A stretch of DNA of 32,000 nt from Xanthomonas campestris pv. campestris str. ATCC 33913 (GCF_000007145.1 NC_003902.1:877436-909435); one strand, 5' to 3'. Shown: positions 1-11,061, counted from the first letter of the stretch. Numbers and translations are program-made. The notes: generated from the letters alone by a model not told the origin.

Positions 1-469
1 GTACGAGGGCTACAAGCTCGGTTTCACCATCGAATTCAATCACCCGATGATCCCGGCCAAGCAGTCACGCCAGGAGATCGAGTTTTCCACCTCCGCTTAC
101 GTCAAGGAAATCTCGCGCGCCCGCACGTTCGGGTTCATGCGCGACCTGGAGTACATGCGCGAGCGCAACCTGGGACTGGGCGGCTCGATGGATAACGCCA
201 TCGTGCTGGACGAGTTCCGCGTGCTCAACGAAGACGGCCTGCGCTACACCAACGAATTCGTCCGCCACAAGATCCTCGACGCCATCGGCGACCTGTACCT
301 GGCCGGCGGCGCGATCCTGGGTGCCTACGAAGGCTTCAAATCCGGCCATGCGCTCAACAACAAGCTGGTGCGTGCGCTGCTGGCGGACCAGGCCGCATGG
401 GAATGGGTCAGCTTCCCGGAAGGCACCGAGCAGCCGCCGGTGACCTACGCCAGCCCCGTCTATGCCTGA
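1..469 (+). CDS. lpxC: UDP-3-O-acyl-N-acetylglucosamine deacetylase LpxC, C-terminal part (5' end lies outside the window)
   Basis: The frame is open from base 2 ([18 protein letters not shown]...) to TGA at 467-469. The tail ([47 protein letters not shown]) matches the conserved LpxC C-terminal domain. The lpxC...secA neighbourhood is typical of gammaproteobacteria. Confidence 0.95.
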   Translation, partial: YEGYKLGFTIEFNHPMIPAKQSRQEIEFSTSAYVKEISRARTFGFMRDLEYMRERNLGLGGSMDNAIVLDEFRVLNEDGLRYTNEFVRHKILDAIGDLYLAGGAILGAYEGFKSGHALNNKLVRALLADQAAWEWVSFPEGTEQPPVTYASPVYA

Positions 470-652
470 TGTCAGGGATTTCCCTGGCACGGCCGCGAAG
501 TGTGAACTGCGTCGGATTTCCGGTCCATTCTTAACGTTTATTTAAGCTTTCCCTAACTCCTGCGGCGTCCATGACCGCTAGGATGCGTCGGGTCGTGTGC
601 GGTACTTCGCAATTTCTTCACGCACCGGCAGCCGCTTGCAGCGGCATGGACA

Positions 653-1105
653 TCACTTTTTGTTGGTCGATGGCACGTCGCGCAAGGACGCAAGTGCGTC
701 ACGCAAGCCGTTACGCGTGGCCTCGGATACCGGCGTGTGTGGGCGGTCGCGGTGTTGCTGTGTTGGGGAATGCAGCGGCGCAGAGGCCGTCTTGACGGTC
801 ACCGCGGTGACCTTCAGTCCGATGGATCGGGCGGCATCGAGCAATTGGGTTTCGGCAAGCCGCACCTTGGCATGCCAGACCGGCGAATCAACCAGAAAAA
901 CGAGCTGTTCGCCTCGGACATTGGCCAACCGGCAACGGGTGGCGAGATGGGGCGGTAACAGGGGGCGCAACTGCCGATCCAGCGCGTCGAGCCACAACGC
1001 TCGGCGCAGAGGGTCGCCAGCCTTTTCCCCGAGCAGGGCCTCGACGGCTTGCTGCGGAACGGATGGGCTGCGTGCGTTGGACTTGGGCTTGGACATGACA
1101 CTCAT
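653..1105 (-). CDS. DUF721 / DciA-like protein (putative replicative-helicase loader family)
   Basis: 150-aa ORF. Its core (LATRCRLANVRGEQLVFLVDSPVWHAKVRLAETQLLDAARSIG) fits the DUF721 pattern G.L.v.VdS..Wa..LR.....LL. The position between lpxC and secA is the usual one for this family. An alternative ATG start lies at 1096. Confidence 0.7.
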   Translation of the reverse strand: MSVMSKPKSNARSPSVPQQAVEALLGEKAGDPLRRALWLDALDRQLRPLLPPHLATRCRLANVRGEQLVFLVDSPVWHAKVRLAETQLLDAARSIGLKVTAVTVKTASAPLHSPTQQHRDRPHTPVSEATRNGLRDALASLRDVPSTNKK

Positions 1106-2050
1106 ATGGCGTTAAAGAAAGTCGTAATCAAATCTTGCGAGACCCGGGCCCAGCGGTTGGCCCGACAGTTCCAGGGCTTTGCCGCGGATCGACCGATGGT
1201 GGTGCTGGGTGCGGTACTGGGCCTGGGCATGCTGATCGGCGTCGGTGCGAGCACCGCCACCGGCATGGTGACCAATTCCGCGCTGCAGGCCAAGGTCGCG
1301 CAGCAGCAGACCGAGCTTGCGCAGGCGCAGCGCGCTTCGCAGGCCCAGGTCAACGCCCTGGCGGCACGCCTGGGTGAGTTGCAGGCGCAAGCCACCCGGC
1401 TCAACGCCCTGGGCGAGCGCCTGACCCAGATGGGCAAGTTGAAGGACGGCGAGTTCGACTTCGACGAGCCGGTCGGCGTCGGTGGCGGCGATGAGCCGGT
1501 CAACGACATGCCGGTGCAGTCGCTCAAGCAGGATCTGGGGCAGCTGGAGCAGCAGTTTTCCGCCTCCGGCCAGCAATTGAACGTGCTCGCCTCGCTGATG
1601 TTCGATCATCAGCTGGAGCAGAATTCCGTGCCGTCGCGGATGCCGATCCGCAACACCTACATCACCTCCGGCTTCGGTGGCCGCGCCGATCCGTTCGACG
1701 GTGGCTCCGCCTTCCACAAGGGTGTGGACTTCCACGCCAATGTGGGCGACCCGGTGATGTCGGTGGCCGACGGCGTGGTCAGCTATGCCGGTGTGCGCGG
1801 CGGCTACGGCAACGTGGTGGAAGTGGATCACGGCAATGGCTACGTCACCCGCTACGCGCACAACTCGCGCCTGGTGGTGAGGGTGGGCGATCTGGTCCGT
1901 GCCGGCCAGCAGGTGGCCAAGGCCGGGTCCAGCGGCCGTTCGACCGGTGCGCACGTGCACTTCGAGGTGTGGGCCGACGGCCGCGTGGTCAATCCGCGCA
2001 AGTTCCTGGGCGATACCAACACCCCGGTGGGACGCCGCGGGCGCGGCTAA
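1106..2050 (+). CDS. M23 family metallopeptidase (EnvC/NlpD-like murein endopeptidase) with N-terminal TM segment and coiled coil
   Basis: M23 signature [14 protein letters not shown]...[22 protein letters not shown]...[12 protein letters not shown] (HxxxD and HxH zinc ligands). A hydrophobic segment ([15 protein letters not shown]) is followed by a Q/A/L-rich coiled coil. The start was chosen at the ATG at 1106, because the ORF-track start at 1049 would overlap the divergent gene. Confidence 0.9.
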   Translation: MALKKVVIKSCETRAQRLARQFQGFAADRPMVVLGAVLGLGMLIGVGASTATGMVTNSALQAKVAQQQTELAQAQRASQAQVNALAARLGELQAQATRLNALGERLTQMGKLKDGEFDFDEPVGVGGGDEPVNDMPVQSLKQDLGQLEQQFSASGQQLNVLASLMFDHQLEQNSVPSRMPIRNTYITSGFGGRADPFDGGSAFHKGVDFHANVGDPVMSVADGVVSYAGVRGGYGNVVEVDHGNGYVTRYAHNSRLVVRVGDLVRAGQQVAKAGSSGRSTGAHVHFEVWADGRVVNPRKFLGDTNTPVGRRGRG

Positions 2051-2116
2051 TGGCGGCAGCGGGCGGTGCTTGATTCGTGAAGCCCCGCCCCAAGCTACAA
2101 TAGGGTGTTGCCATCG

Positions 2117-2144
2117 ACAGGGCGCAGTGCGCCCTGTTTCGTTT
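2117..2144 (+). terminator. Rho-independent terminator-like hairpin between the M23 peptidase gene and secA
   Basis: ACAGGGCGC-agt-GCGCCCTGT forms a perfect 9-bp GC-rich stem with a 3-nt loop, followed by TTCGTTT. It sits 67 nt after the M23 stop and 64 nt before the secA ATG. Confidence 0.6.
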
Positions 2145-2207
2145 ACGGCGGTCGGGTCTGTGGGGACCGGCGTCGGTCAAACCGTTCCTTTTCAACCGGT
2201 TTCTTCA

Positions 2208-4946
<2,739 letters not shown>

Positions 4947-4964
4947 TCCTTTGGTGACCGTGGT

Positions 4965-4985
4965 GCAGCCCGTGACGCGGGCTGC
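4965..4985 (+). terminator. Stem-loop 19 nt downstream of the secA stop (possible terminator, no U-tract)
   Basis: GCAGCCCG-tgacg-CGGGCTGC forms a perfect 8-bp stem. It is followed by AAACCCAACG rather than a T run, so it is only weakly terminator-like. Confidence 0.4.
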
Positions 4986-5415
4986 AAACCCAACGTCCGC
5001 GCAGGACGCTGGGTGCACGGTCCTTGCTTTCGATCCCTCGCCTTTGGCGCACCCTCCTTACCAAGGGGGCTGCACTTACGGAGGAGGTGGTTGGGGCTCC
5101 TGAGGCTCAGGCATGGAATGCCGAATGCTGGGCGCAATGCCACAGCCGAGATATCGCGTCTGTGCCAGCTCTCTGCCAACGGCGTGGCCTGCCTCGTTGC
5201 CAGACGGCGTCTGGAAATCGCGGTATAGCCCCCAGAAGAGCTCGACCAGCTCGATGCGCTTTTTTCCCGGTAAGCCTCGGCCCTGCAGGTTCGCCATGCG
5301 CTTGTCCATTGCGCACCGGCGCCAACTGCGCCCTGCGCCCGCGCTGCATGCAGGCTTCCCCGCCCGTGCCATTGCGAGGCGTATGCTCGACCTACGTTCT
5401 CACTGGAGTGCGGTC

Positions 5416-5784
5416 GTGTCGCTTCTAGCCAGCCAGCAACTGAAAGTGTTCGTGCCTGCGCGCGACTACGCCGTCTCGCAACAGTTCTATCGGGCGTTGG
5501 GCTTTTTGCAGGAAGACGAGGTCGGTCACGTGACCTGCTTCCGGCATGGGGCGCAGTGTGCGTTTTTGCTGCAGGACTTCTACGTGCGCGAGCTGGCCGA
5601 GAACCTGATGCTGCACCTGTGGGTGGATGATGCCGATGCGTGGTGGCAGCACGTGCACGACAGCGAACTGACCATGCACTTTCAGGTGACCTGCAGCGCG
5701 CCGGAAGACCGCCCCTGGGGGGCGCGCGATTTCACCCTGCACGACCCCAGTGGCGTGCTCTGGCGCATCGGGCATCCGCTGTAG
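5416..5784 (+). CDS. VOC (glyoxalase/bleomycin-resistance/dioxygenase) family protein
   Basis: LKVFVPARDYAVSQQFYRALGF ... DRPWGARDFTLHDPSGVLWRIG is a typical VOC fold sequence. The start was chosen at GTG 5416, which has GGAG (5405-5408) 7 nt upstream. An alternative ATG lies at 5383. The ORF-track start at 5113 is implausible because the upstream part has poor codon usage. Confidence 0.75.
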   Translation: MSLLASQQLKVFVPARDYAVSQQFYRALGFLQEDEVGHVTCFRHGAQCAFLLQDFYVRELAENLMLHLWVDDADAWWQHVHDSELTMHFQVTCSAPEDRPWGARDFTLHDPSGVLWRIGHPL

Positions 5785-5964
5785 GGCGGGAGTCGGGATT
5801 GGGAAGTGGAGATTGGTTGGAGCGGACTGCGTAGCCGGTTGCCGCCGGCCTCGTTGTTCCAATGCTGTGCGTTGACCAGTGCAGATGGCAGCTGGTGCAC
5901 GGCGTTCTCTGTTTGAACCGCCAGTCGATTGCGCTGAACCGCTCACTCGCGGCACTCTTGCGCC

Positions 5965-6912
5965 ATGCCCGATTCCCTCAGATCCATCCACGTCGTTGCC
6001 GGCGTGATCACCGACGCCCGCGGCCGCATCCTGCTGACCCGCCGTACCGAAACCCGTGACATGCCTGGCCTGTGGGAATTCCCCGGCGGCAAGCGCGAGC
6101 CTGGCGAAACCTCCGAACAGGCGCTGGTGCGCGAACTCAACGAAGAACTCGGCATCGATGCGCACGTGGGCGCGTGGGTGATGGACGTGCCGCAGCTGTA
6201 CCCGGACAAGCGGCTGCGGCTGGAAGTGCGGGAGATCACTGGATGGAAGGGCAGCCCGCGCGGGCGCGAGGGCCAGGCCATGACCTGGGTGGCCGCCGAC
6301 AAGCTGGCGCGCTATTCGATGCCGCCGGCCGATGTGCCGGTGGTGGGGGTGCTGCGCCAGCCGGATCGCTACCTGATCACGCCGGAGCCGCAGAACGATG
6401 CCGCGTGGCTGGATGGCGTGGAGCAGGCGCTGCAGCAAGAAATTGCCCGCATCCAGCTGCGCGCACCGGCGGTGGATCCTGCGCGCTGGCGCGCCCTCGT
6501 GCATCAAGTGATGGGGCTGCGCGGGCGTCAGCGTGCGCAGTGGTTGCTCAATCGCGACATCGGCCTGGCCAGCGAGCTCGGCATCGGCGTGCATCTGGGA
6601 TCGGAGCAGCTGGCCACATTGACTGAGCGCCCATTGCCGGCCGACCAGCCCGTTGCCGCCTCCTGCCACGGGCTGGAGGACCTGCGCCATGCCCAGCGGC
6701 TCGGCTGCGATTTCGCCGTGCTTGGGCCGGTGCAGGCCACCGCATCGCACCCGGGCGCCACGCCGCTGGGCTGGGAGGGGTTTGAGACCTTGCGCGAGCA
6801 GGTCTCGCTACCGATTTACGCGTTGGGCGGCATGCAGCCCGGAGACGTGCGCGAAGCACGCGCGCATGGCGCGCAGGGCATCGCCGCCATTCGCGGGCTG
6901 TGGCCAGCGTGA
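5965..6912 (+). CDS. Nudix hydrolase (MutT-like 8-oxo-dGTP diphosphatase) fused to a ThiE/TenI-like (thiamine-phosphate synthase fold) domain
   Basis: The N-terminal Nudix box is GGKREPGETSEQALVRELNEELGI. The C-terminal ~170 aa (DFAVLGPV..T.SHPGA.PLGWEGF......PIYALGGM) resembles the TMP-TENI fold. The same fusion sits downstream of secA in pseudomonads and xanthomonads. Confidence 0.85.
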   Translation: MPDSLRSIHVVAGVITDARGRILLTRRTETRDMPGLWEFPGGKREPGETSEQALVRELNEELGIDAHVGAWVMDVPQLYPDKRLRLEVREITGWKGSPRGREGQAMTWVAADKLARYSMPPADVPVVGVLRQPDRYLITPEPQNDAAWLDGVEQALQQEIARIQLRAPAVDPARWRALVHQVMGLRGRQRAQWLLNRDIGLASELGIGVHLGSEQLATLTERPLPADQPVAASCHGLEDLRHAQRLGCDFAVLGPVQATASHPGATPLGWEGFETLREQVSLPIYALGGMQPGDVREARAHGAQGIAAIRGLWPA

Positions 6913-7443
6913 CAGCAGGCGCGATTGCTGCGCGGTCGCCCTGGTTGGTGGTGTTCGGTGGATTGCCTGGCGTCGGCAAGAGCGCCATTGCGCAGCAGTT
7001 GGTGGCGCAGTGCGGGGCGGTGGACTTGCGCATCGATACGATCGAGCAGGCGCTGCGCGACAGCGGCATGCTTGCCGGCGACGTTGGCGCGGCCGGTTAC
7101 CTGGCTGCCTATGCGCTGGCGCGCAGCAATCTGCACCACGGCCTGACGGTGGTTGCCGATTGCGTGAATCCCTTGCCGGTCACGCGCCAGGCCTGGCGCG
7201 ATGTTGCCGCGCATGCCGGTAGCCGCGTGCTGGAAATCGAAGTGATCTGCAGCGACCAAGACCTGCATCGGCAGCGGGTGGAGACACGCCAGAGCGAGGT
7301 GCCGGGCCTGCGATTGCCCGGAATGGGCGTCAGTGTTGGCGCATGACTATGCGGCGTGGACGCAGCCGCATCTGCTGCTCGACAGTGTAGTGCTGAGCCC
7401 GGAGCAGGCGGTGGCGGCAATCACTGCACACCTGGCTGGCTAG
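6909..7443 (+). pseudogene. P-loop kinase (AAA_33 / zeta-toxin-like small kinase family) interrupted by a +1 frameshift
   Basis: The Walker A motif is GGLPGVGKS. Frame 0 stops at 7344-7346 (..LRLPGMGVSVGA*). The +1 frame continues PEWASVLAHDYAAWTQPHLLLDSVVLSPEQAVAAITAHLAG* to TAG at 7441-7443, which is the expected C-terminus of this family. The switch point is the CCC run at 7317-7319. The GTG start at 6909 overlaps the upstream TGA (GTGA). Confidence 0.7.
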
Positions 7444-7683
7444 ATGGCGATGCGGTGGTTGAGCGTCGCGCTGTTGAGGTGCGCTGAGGTGCGCAGGCGG
7501 CACGGCAAGCAGCAGTCGTGCGTCGCCCGGGCCATGTGCGAACGACCTCACACCCATTGATTCGTGCAGTTCGCCGGCCGCACGCGCTAAGCGGCATGGC
7601 GCGTTAGCGTTGCGCACGCCGGTGCAATTGATCGCTGCTGGTTGCCGGCTTCCGCCTCTGCACGGCGGGCGGCGAGGCTGACG

Positions 7684-8286
7684 CTAGAACGTCACCCAAA
7701 AACAGTTGTATTGCCGGCGCAGGCGCAACACGCTGCGCGCCGGCGTGCCGCTGGCGAGTGCCTGCTCCAGGCGCAGTCCCCATGGGCGCGGACGGGTAGC
7801 CGGCGGCGGCAGGGGCGCGTCGACCGCGCCGCCATCCGGATCGCTGGCAGGTGCGGCCGCAGAGGCTGTTGCGTCTGCCTCCCAGGCCGGAGGATCGCTT
7901 TGTGGATACATCGGGGCGATCTCCAGCAACGGGCGTTGCACGATGGCTTCGAGCCGGCTCAGCACCTGATTGGCGGCGGCGTCGGACTGCCCGCTCCACA
8001 GATACAGGCTGGATAGCCGGTTGACGTCGCGGCTGTCCACTGCCAGCTGCAGCAGCGACACCAGCTCGCTCAGCCGACGAGGGCAGCCGTAGCGATACAA
8101 CCCTTCATTGCCCTGCGCACGCGTGGCCGGCGGCAGGCGGCTGACCGCGCCTACGTCTTCGCAGCGGCGGTCGGTGAACATGGTCTGCCCGTCCGGCGAC
8201 ACGCAGCGACGGATTTCCTGCGCCTGCCCGCGTGTGGCGGGGCAAAGGCAGAACAACAGCAGCAACGGCAGCAGGAGGCGAGGCAT
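7684..8286 (-). CDS. Secreted hypothetical protein (signal peptide; DUF4124-like Cys-flanked N-terminal motif)
   Basis: Taken from ATG 8286: MPRLLLPLLLLFCLCPATRGQAQE is a signal peptide, followed by RRCVSPDGQTMFTDRRCEDVG. Third-position GC is high. The longer ORF-track version (to 8535) would overlap metF and was rejected. Confidence 0.6.
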   Translation of the reverse strand: MPRLLLPLLLLFCLCPATRGQAQEIRRCVSPDGQTMFTDRRCEDVGAVSRLPPATRAQGNEGLYRYGCPRRLSELVSLLQLAVDSRDVNRLSSLYLWSGQSDAAANQVLSRLEAIVQRPLLEIAPMYPQSDPPAWEADATASAAAPASDPDGGAVDAPLPPPATRPRPWGLRLEQALASGTPARSVLRLRRQYNCFWVTF

Positions 8287-8435
8287 CGGCGCAGCGTAAC
8301 AGTGTACGCGTGAGCCGGCGAACAACACAGCAATGCCGCACAGGCCTGCACCGCGCGCGCCGGTCACCCGCGTGCGTGCGAGGGATGTGATCCGGAACGG
8401 CATGCCTGTGGAGAGAATGCCCTGGACGGCTTGCC

Positions 8436-9263
8436 TCAGCGCCCGAGCAGCTGCAACACCTGTGTGGTCGGCTTGGCCAGATTGAGCGTGTAGAAGTGCA
8501 GCGCCGGCACGCCGCCGGCAATCAGCCGTTCGCACAGCCCGGCGACCACCTCGGCGCCGAACGCGCGCACCGCATCGGCATCATCGCCGTAGGACTGCAT
8601 CTTCTTGCCGATCCAGCGTGGGATCTCTGCACCGCATTGCTCGGAGAACCGGCGCAGCTGGGAGAAGTTGGAGATCGGCATGATGCCGGGAATGATCGGC
8701 ACCTCCACGCCCAGCCGCTGCGCTGCGTCGCGAAAATGAAAGTACGCATCGGCGTTGTAGAAGTACTGGGTGATCGCCGCATCCGCGCCGGCATCGACCT
8801 TGGCCTTGAAGTACTTCAGGTCGCTGTCGGCATCGATGGCCTGCGGATGGGTCTCCGGGTAGGCGCCCACCTCGATGCGGAACGCATCGCCATGCTCGGC
8901 GCGGATGAAGGCAATCAAATCCGAGGCGTAGCGCAGGTCGCCTGGGTGGCCCATGCCAGACGGCAAGTCGCCACGCAGCGCCACGATGCGGGTGCAGCCG
9001 ATGGCGCGATAGAGCTTGAGCAGTTCGCGGATTTCCTGGCGGCTGCCGCCCACGCAGGATAGATGCGGCGCCGCTTCAAAGCCGTGCTTCTGCTTGAGGT
9101 GACGCACCGTCTCGGAGGTGTAGCTCAACGTGGAGCCGCCGGCACCAAACGTGCACGACACGTATTCGGGCGCATAGGCCTTCAACTTGGCCGCAGTCCG
9201 GTCCAGCTGCGCGCGTTGGTCGTCAGTTTTGGGCGGGTAGAACTCGAAGCTGAGATGCGTCAT
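8436..9263 (-). CDS. metF: 5,10-methylenetetrahydrofolate reductase MetF
   Basis: LSFEFYPPKT...VSCTFGAGGST...APHLSCVGG...IVALRGDLP...ITQYFYN match MetF along the full length. The start is placed at ATG 9263 (MTHLSFEF). An alternative ATG at 9293 would add 10 codons with weaker codon bias. Confidence 0.95.
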   Translation of the reverse strand: MTHLSFEFYPPKTDDQRAQLDRTAAKLKAYAPEYVSCTFGAGGSTLSYTSETVRHLKQKHGFEAAPHLSCVGGSRQEIRELLKLYRAIGCTRIVALRGDLPSGMGHPGDLRYASDLIAFIRAEHGDAFRIEVGAYPETHPQAIDADSDLKYFKAKVDAGADAAITQYFYNADAYFHFRDAAQRLGVEVPIIPGIMPISNFSQLRRFSEQCGAEIPRWIGKKMQSYGDDADAVRAFGAEVVAGLCERLIAGGVPALHFYTLNLAKPTTQVLQLLGR

Positions 9264-9301
9264 CGCGGCAGGTCCGGCAGAGCGTGCGGTCATAATATCG
9301 C

Positions 9302-9315
9302 TTCATCGCGATGAA
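9302..9315. promoter_or_regulatory. Perfect 14-bp palindrome upstream of metF (candidate operator) next to a TATTAT -10-like hexamer
   Basis: TTCATCGCGATGAA is self-complementary over all 14 bp. On the metF strand it is followed after 4 nt by TATTAT (plus-strand 9292-9297). This is the only AT-rich patch in the GH-metF spacer. Confidence 0.4.
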
Positions 9316-9361
9316 TGCATATTTGGTTGCGAGTGTCCCGATCCGCGCGGGGCATGCCGCG

Positions 9362-10660
9362 CTAAGGCGCTTCTACCCGGAACGGCAGGTTGGCGTAACC
9401 GGCGCGGCCTTGCTGGTCATGGACTTCCACGAACAAGCGGTAATTGCCCGGCGCCGGTGCCCTCAGGCGGACGCGACTGTCATCGCCCGCTTGATCGGAG
9501 CGCAGCTCAACGTCGATCTGCGCTGGCAGTGCTTCCGCATCGCCACCGATGCTGCGCGCCGTGCTTTCGGTGCGTACCTGCCAGACGTAGCGCAGCGCGG
9601 TGGCGCCGCTGGCCGTGAGCGTGGCAGTGGCGGTGTGGCCTGCGCGCAGCGTCACGCTGTCCAGTGCCTGCTTGCCGTCCAGGGTCAGCGTGGACACGGC
9701 CGGCGCGCGCGTGGCCGGCCAGCGCCCGGTCCATAGCGCCTGCAGCGTGTCCACGCTGGGCGTGGCCGCGCCCGAAGGCAGGAACAGCCCGTACCAGGTG
9801 GGCGTGCGCTCCTGCTTGTTGCCCCACAGGAAGACGAACGAGCCCAGCCCCTGCCGCGTATCGCTGGCGATGCGCTGGCGATAACGCTGCTCCAGCAGCA
9901 CCGCCTTGCGCGCGCTGTTGTCTTCGATGGGCGCACCCCAGGCGGTGGTCGGCGATTCCCAGTGGCCGGTGGGGCCCCATTCGGTGACCACATACGGGCC
10001 ACGCCAGCCGCTGTCGTGCAGTTTTTGCGGCAACGCATCGATGTCGCCGTACAGCTGCACGGCGATCAGATCCAGCGACGGCGCACGTGCCTTGAGGCGG
10101 TCGATCAAGGGCTTGTCGAAGCCGGCCAGGGTGGTGGTGACCGGATGGTCCGGATCGATTGCGTGGATGGCATCAGCAATCGCGCCCACCGCGTTCCAGA
10201 CCTTGGGGTTGGTGTAGTCGAGATTGAGCTCGTTGCCGACCACCCACATCAACACCGCCGGATGTGTGGCCGACTGCTGCACCTGCGTGCGAATGCGCTG
10301 CAGTTGTTGGCGCACGGCTGCGGCATCGTTGTAATCGAAGCCGTGTCGCTCGTTGCCGACCTCGATGCCGACGGCGACCTTCAACCCATTGCGTTGCGCA
10401 CGGTCCAGGAACGCGCGCTGGCGCTGCGGGTCCGGATCCACGCGCCAGGTGCGCAGCGCGTTGCCGCCGCGTGCTGCCAGCGTCTCCATGCTGCCATTGC
10501 CCAAGCCCGCGCCCTTGATCACGAAGGGCGCGCCATCGACCAGCAGCCGATAGCCGTCATCGCGGTGTTCGATGCGCACCTGCGCGGCCCATGCCGCTGC
10601 GCTGCAGGCCAGCAGCAGGGCGCCCGCCACCAACTGACACCACTGCCATCGATACCGCAT
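9362..10660 (-). CDS. Secreted clan GH-A (TIM-barrel) glycoside hydrolase with C-terminal beta-sandwich-like domain
   Basis: From ATG 10660: MRYRWQWCQLVAGALLLACSAAAWAAQ is a signal peptide. VVGNELN is a candidate acid/base Glu motif and VVTEWGP a candidate nucleophile Glu motif, as in GH2/GH5-type enzymes. The exact GH family was not determined. Confidence 0.7.
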   Translation of the reverse strand: MRYRWQWCQLVAGALLLACSAAAWAAQVRIEHRDDGYRLLVDGAPFVIKGAGLGNGSMETLAARGGNALRTWRVDPDPQRQRAFLDRAQRNGLKVAVGIEVGNERHGFDYNDAAAVRQQLQRIRTQVQQSATHPAVLMWVVGNELNLDYTNPKVWNAVGAIADAIHAIDPDHPVTTTLAGFDKPLIDRLKARAPSLDLIAVQLYGDIDALPQKLHDSGWRGPYVVTEWGPTGHWESPTTAWGAPIEDNSARKAVLLEQRYRQRIASDTRQGLGSFVFLWGNKQERTPTWYGLFLPSGAATPSVDTLQALWTGRWPATRAPAVSTLTLDGKQALDSVTLRAGHTATATLTASGATALRYVWQVRTESTARSIGGDAEALPAQIDVELRSDQAGDDSRVRLRAPAPGNYRLFVEVHDQQGRAGYANLPFRVEAP

Positions 10661-10821
10661 GCGCCGCCTCCGCTGCCGAATGCAGCAAATCATAGATGTG
10701 GCAGGGCCGCTGGATGTGATCGTGGTCGCGGCATGCTTGGGGCTGCTTGCCGGTGACGCAGTCATTGCGCGATGCACGCGGTAAGCTGGGCGCTACCCCA
10801 CGCAATTGATCGGAGCGCGAC

Positions 10822-11061
10822 ATGCAAGAGCAGGAAATGGACGTAATCGCTGAGTCGTTGGGCCGCATCTGGGTCGCGTTGGCGCGCAGCGTGGGCGATC
10901 TCGCGCTCGCGATGGCCGAACAGCCCGGCGTGGACGGCGACAAGTTGTTGCGCGACTTCGCCGCGCGCCTGCCCTCGGGCCAGGATGACGGGACCTCGAA
11001 GGTGTTCGAGGCGATCCGCCAGTACCTGGATCAGGACGCGGTGGCAGACGACGCCGAGTAA
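10822..11061 (+). CDS. Small acidic hypothetical protein (79 aa)
   Basis: The ATG is preceded by GGAG 6 nt upstream (gatcGGAGcgcgacATG). Third-position G/C is high throughout the ORF. I recognise no family. Confidence 0.45.
   Translation: MQEQEMDVIAESLGRIWVALARSVGDLALAMAEQPGVDGDKLLRDFAARLPSGQDDGTSKVFEAIRQYLDQDAVADDAE

Noticed and set aside
2070-2101. TTGATT ... TACAAT as a sigma-70 promoter for secA
   Set aside because: The hexamers are separated by 20 nt, well outside the usual 16-18 nt window. The pair also lies upstream of the terminator-like hairpin.
1899-2207. 103-codon N-terminal extension of the secA ORF
   Set aside because: It overlaps the 3' end of the M23 gene and the terminator hairpin, and its sequence is not protein-like. 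The canonical SecA N-terminus [16 protein letters not shown] begins at 2208.
8287-8535. Upstream extension of the 7684..8535 ORF (283 aa)
   Set aside because: The extension would overlap the 3' end of metF. A clean signal peptide begins at the internal ATG (8286).
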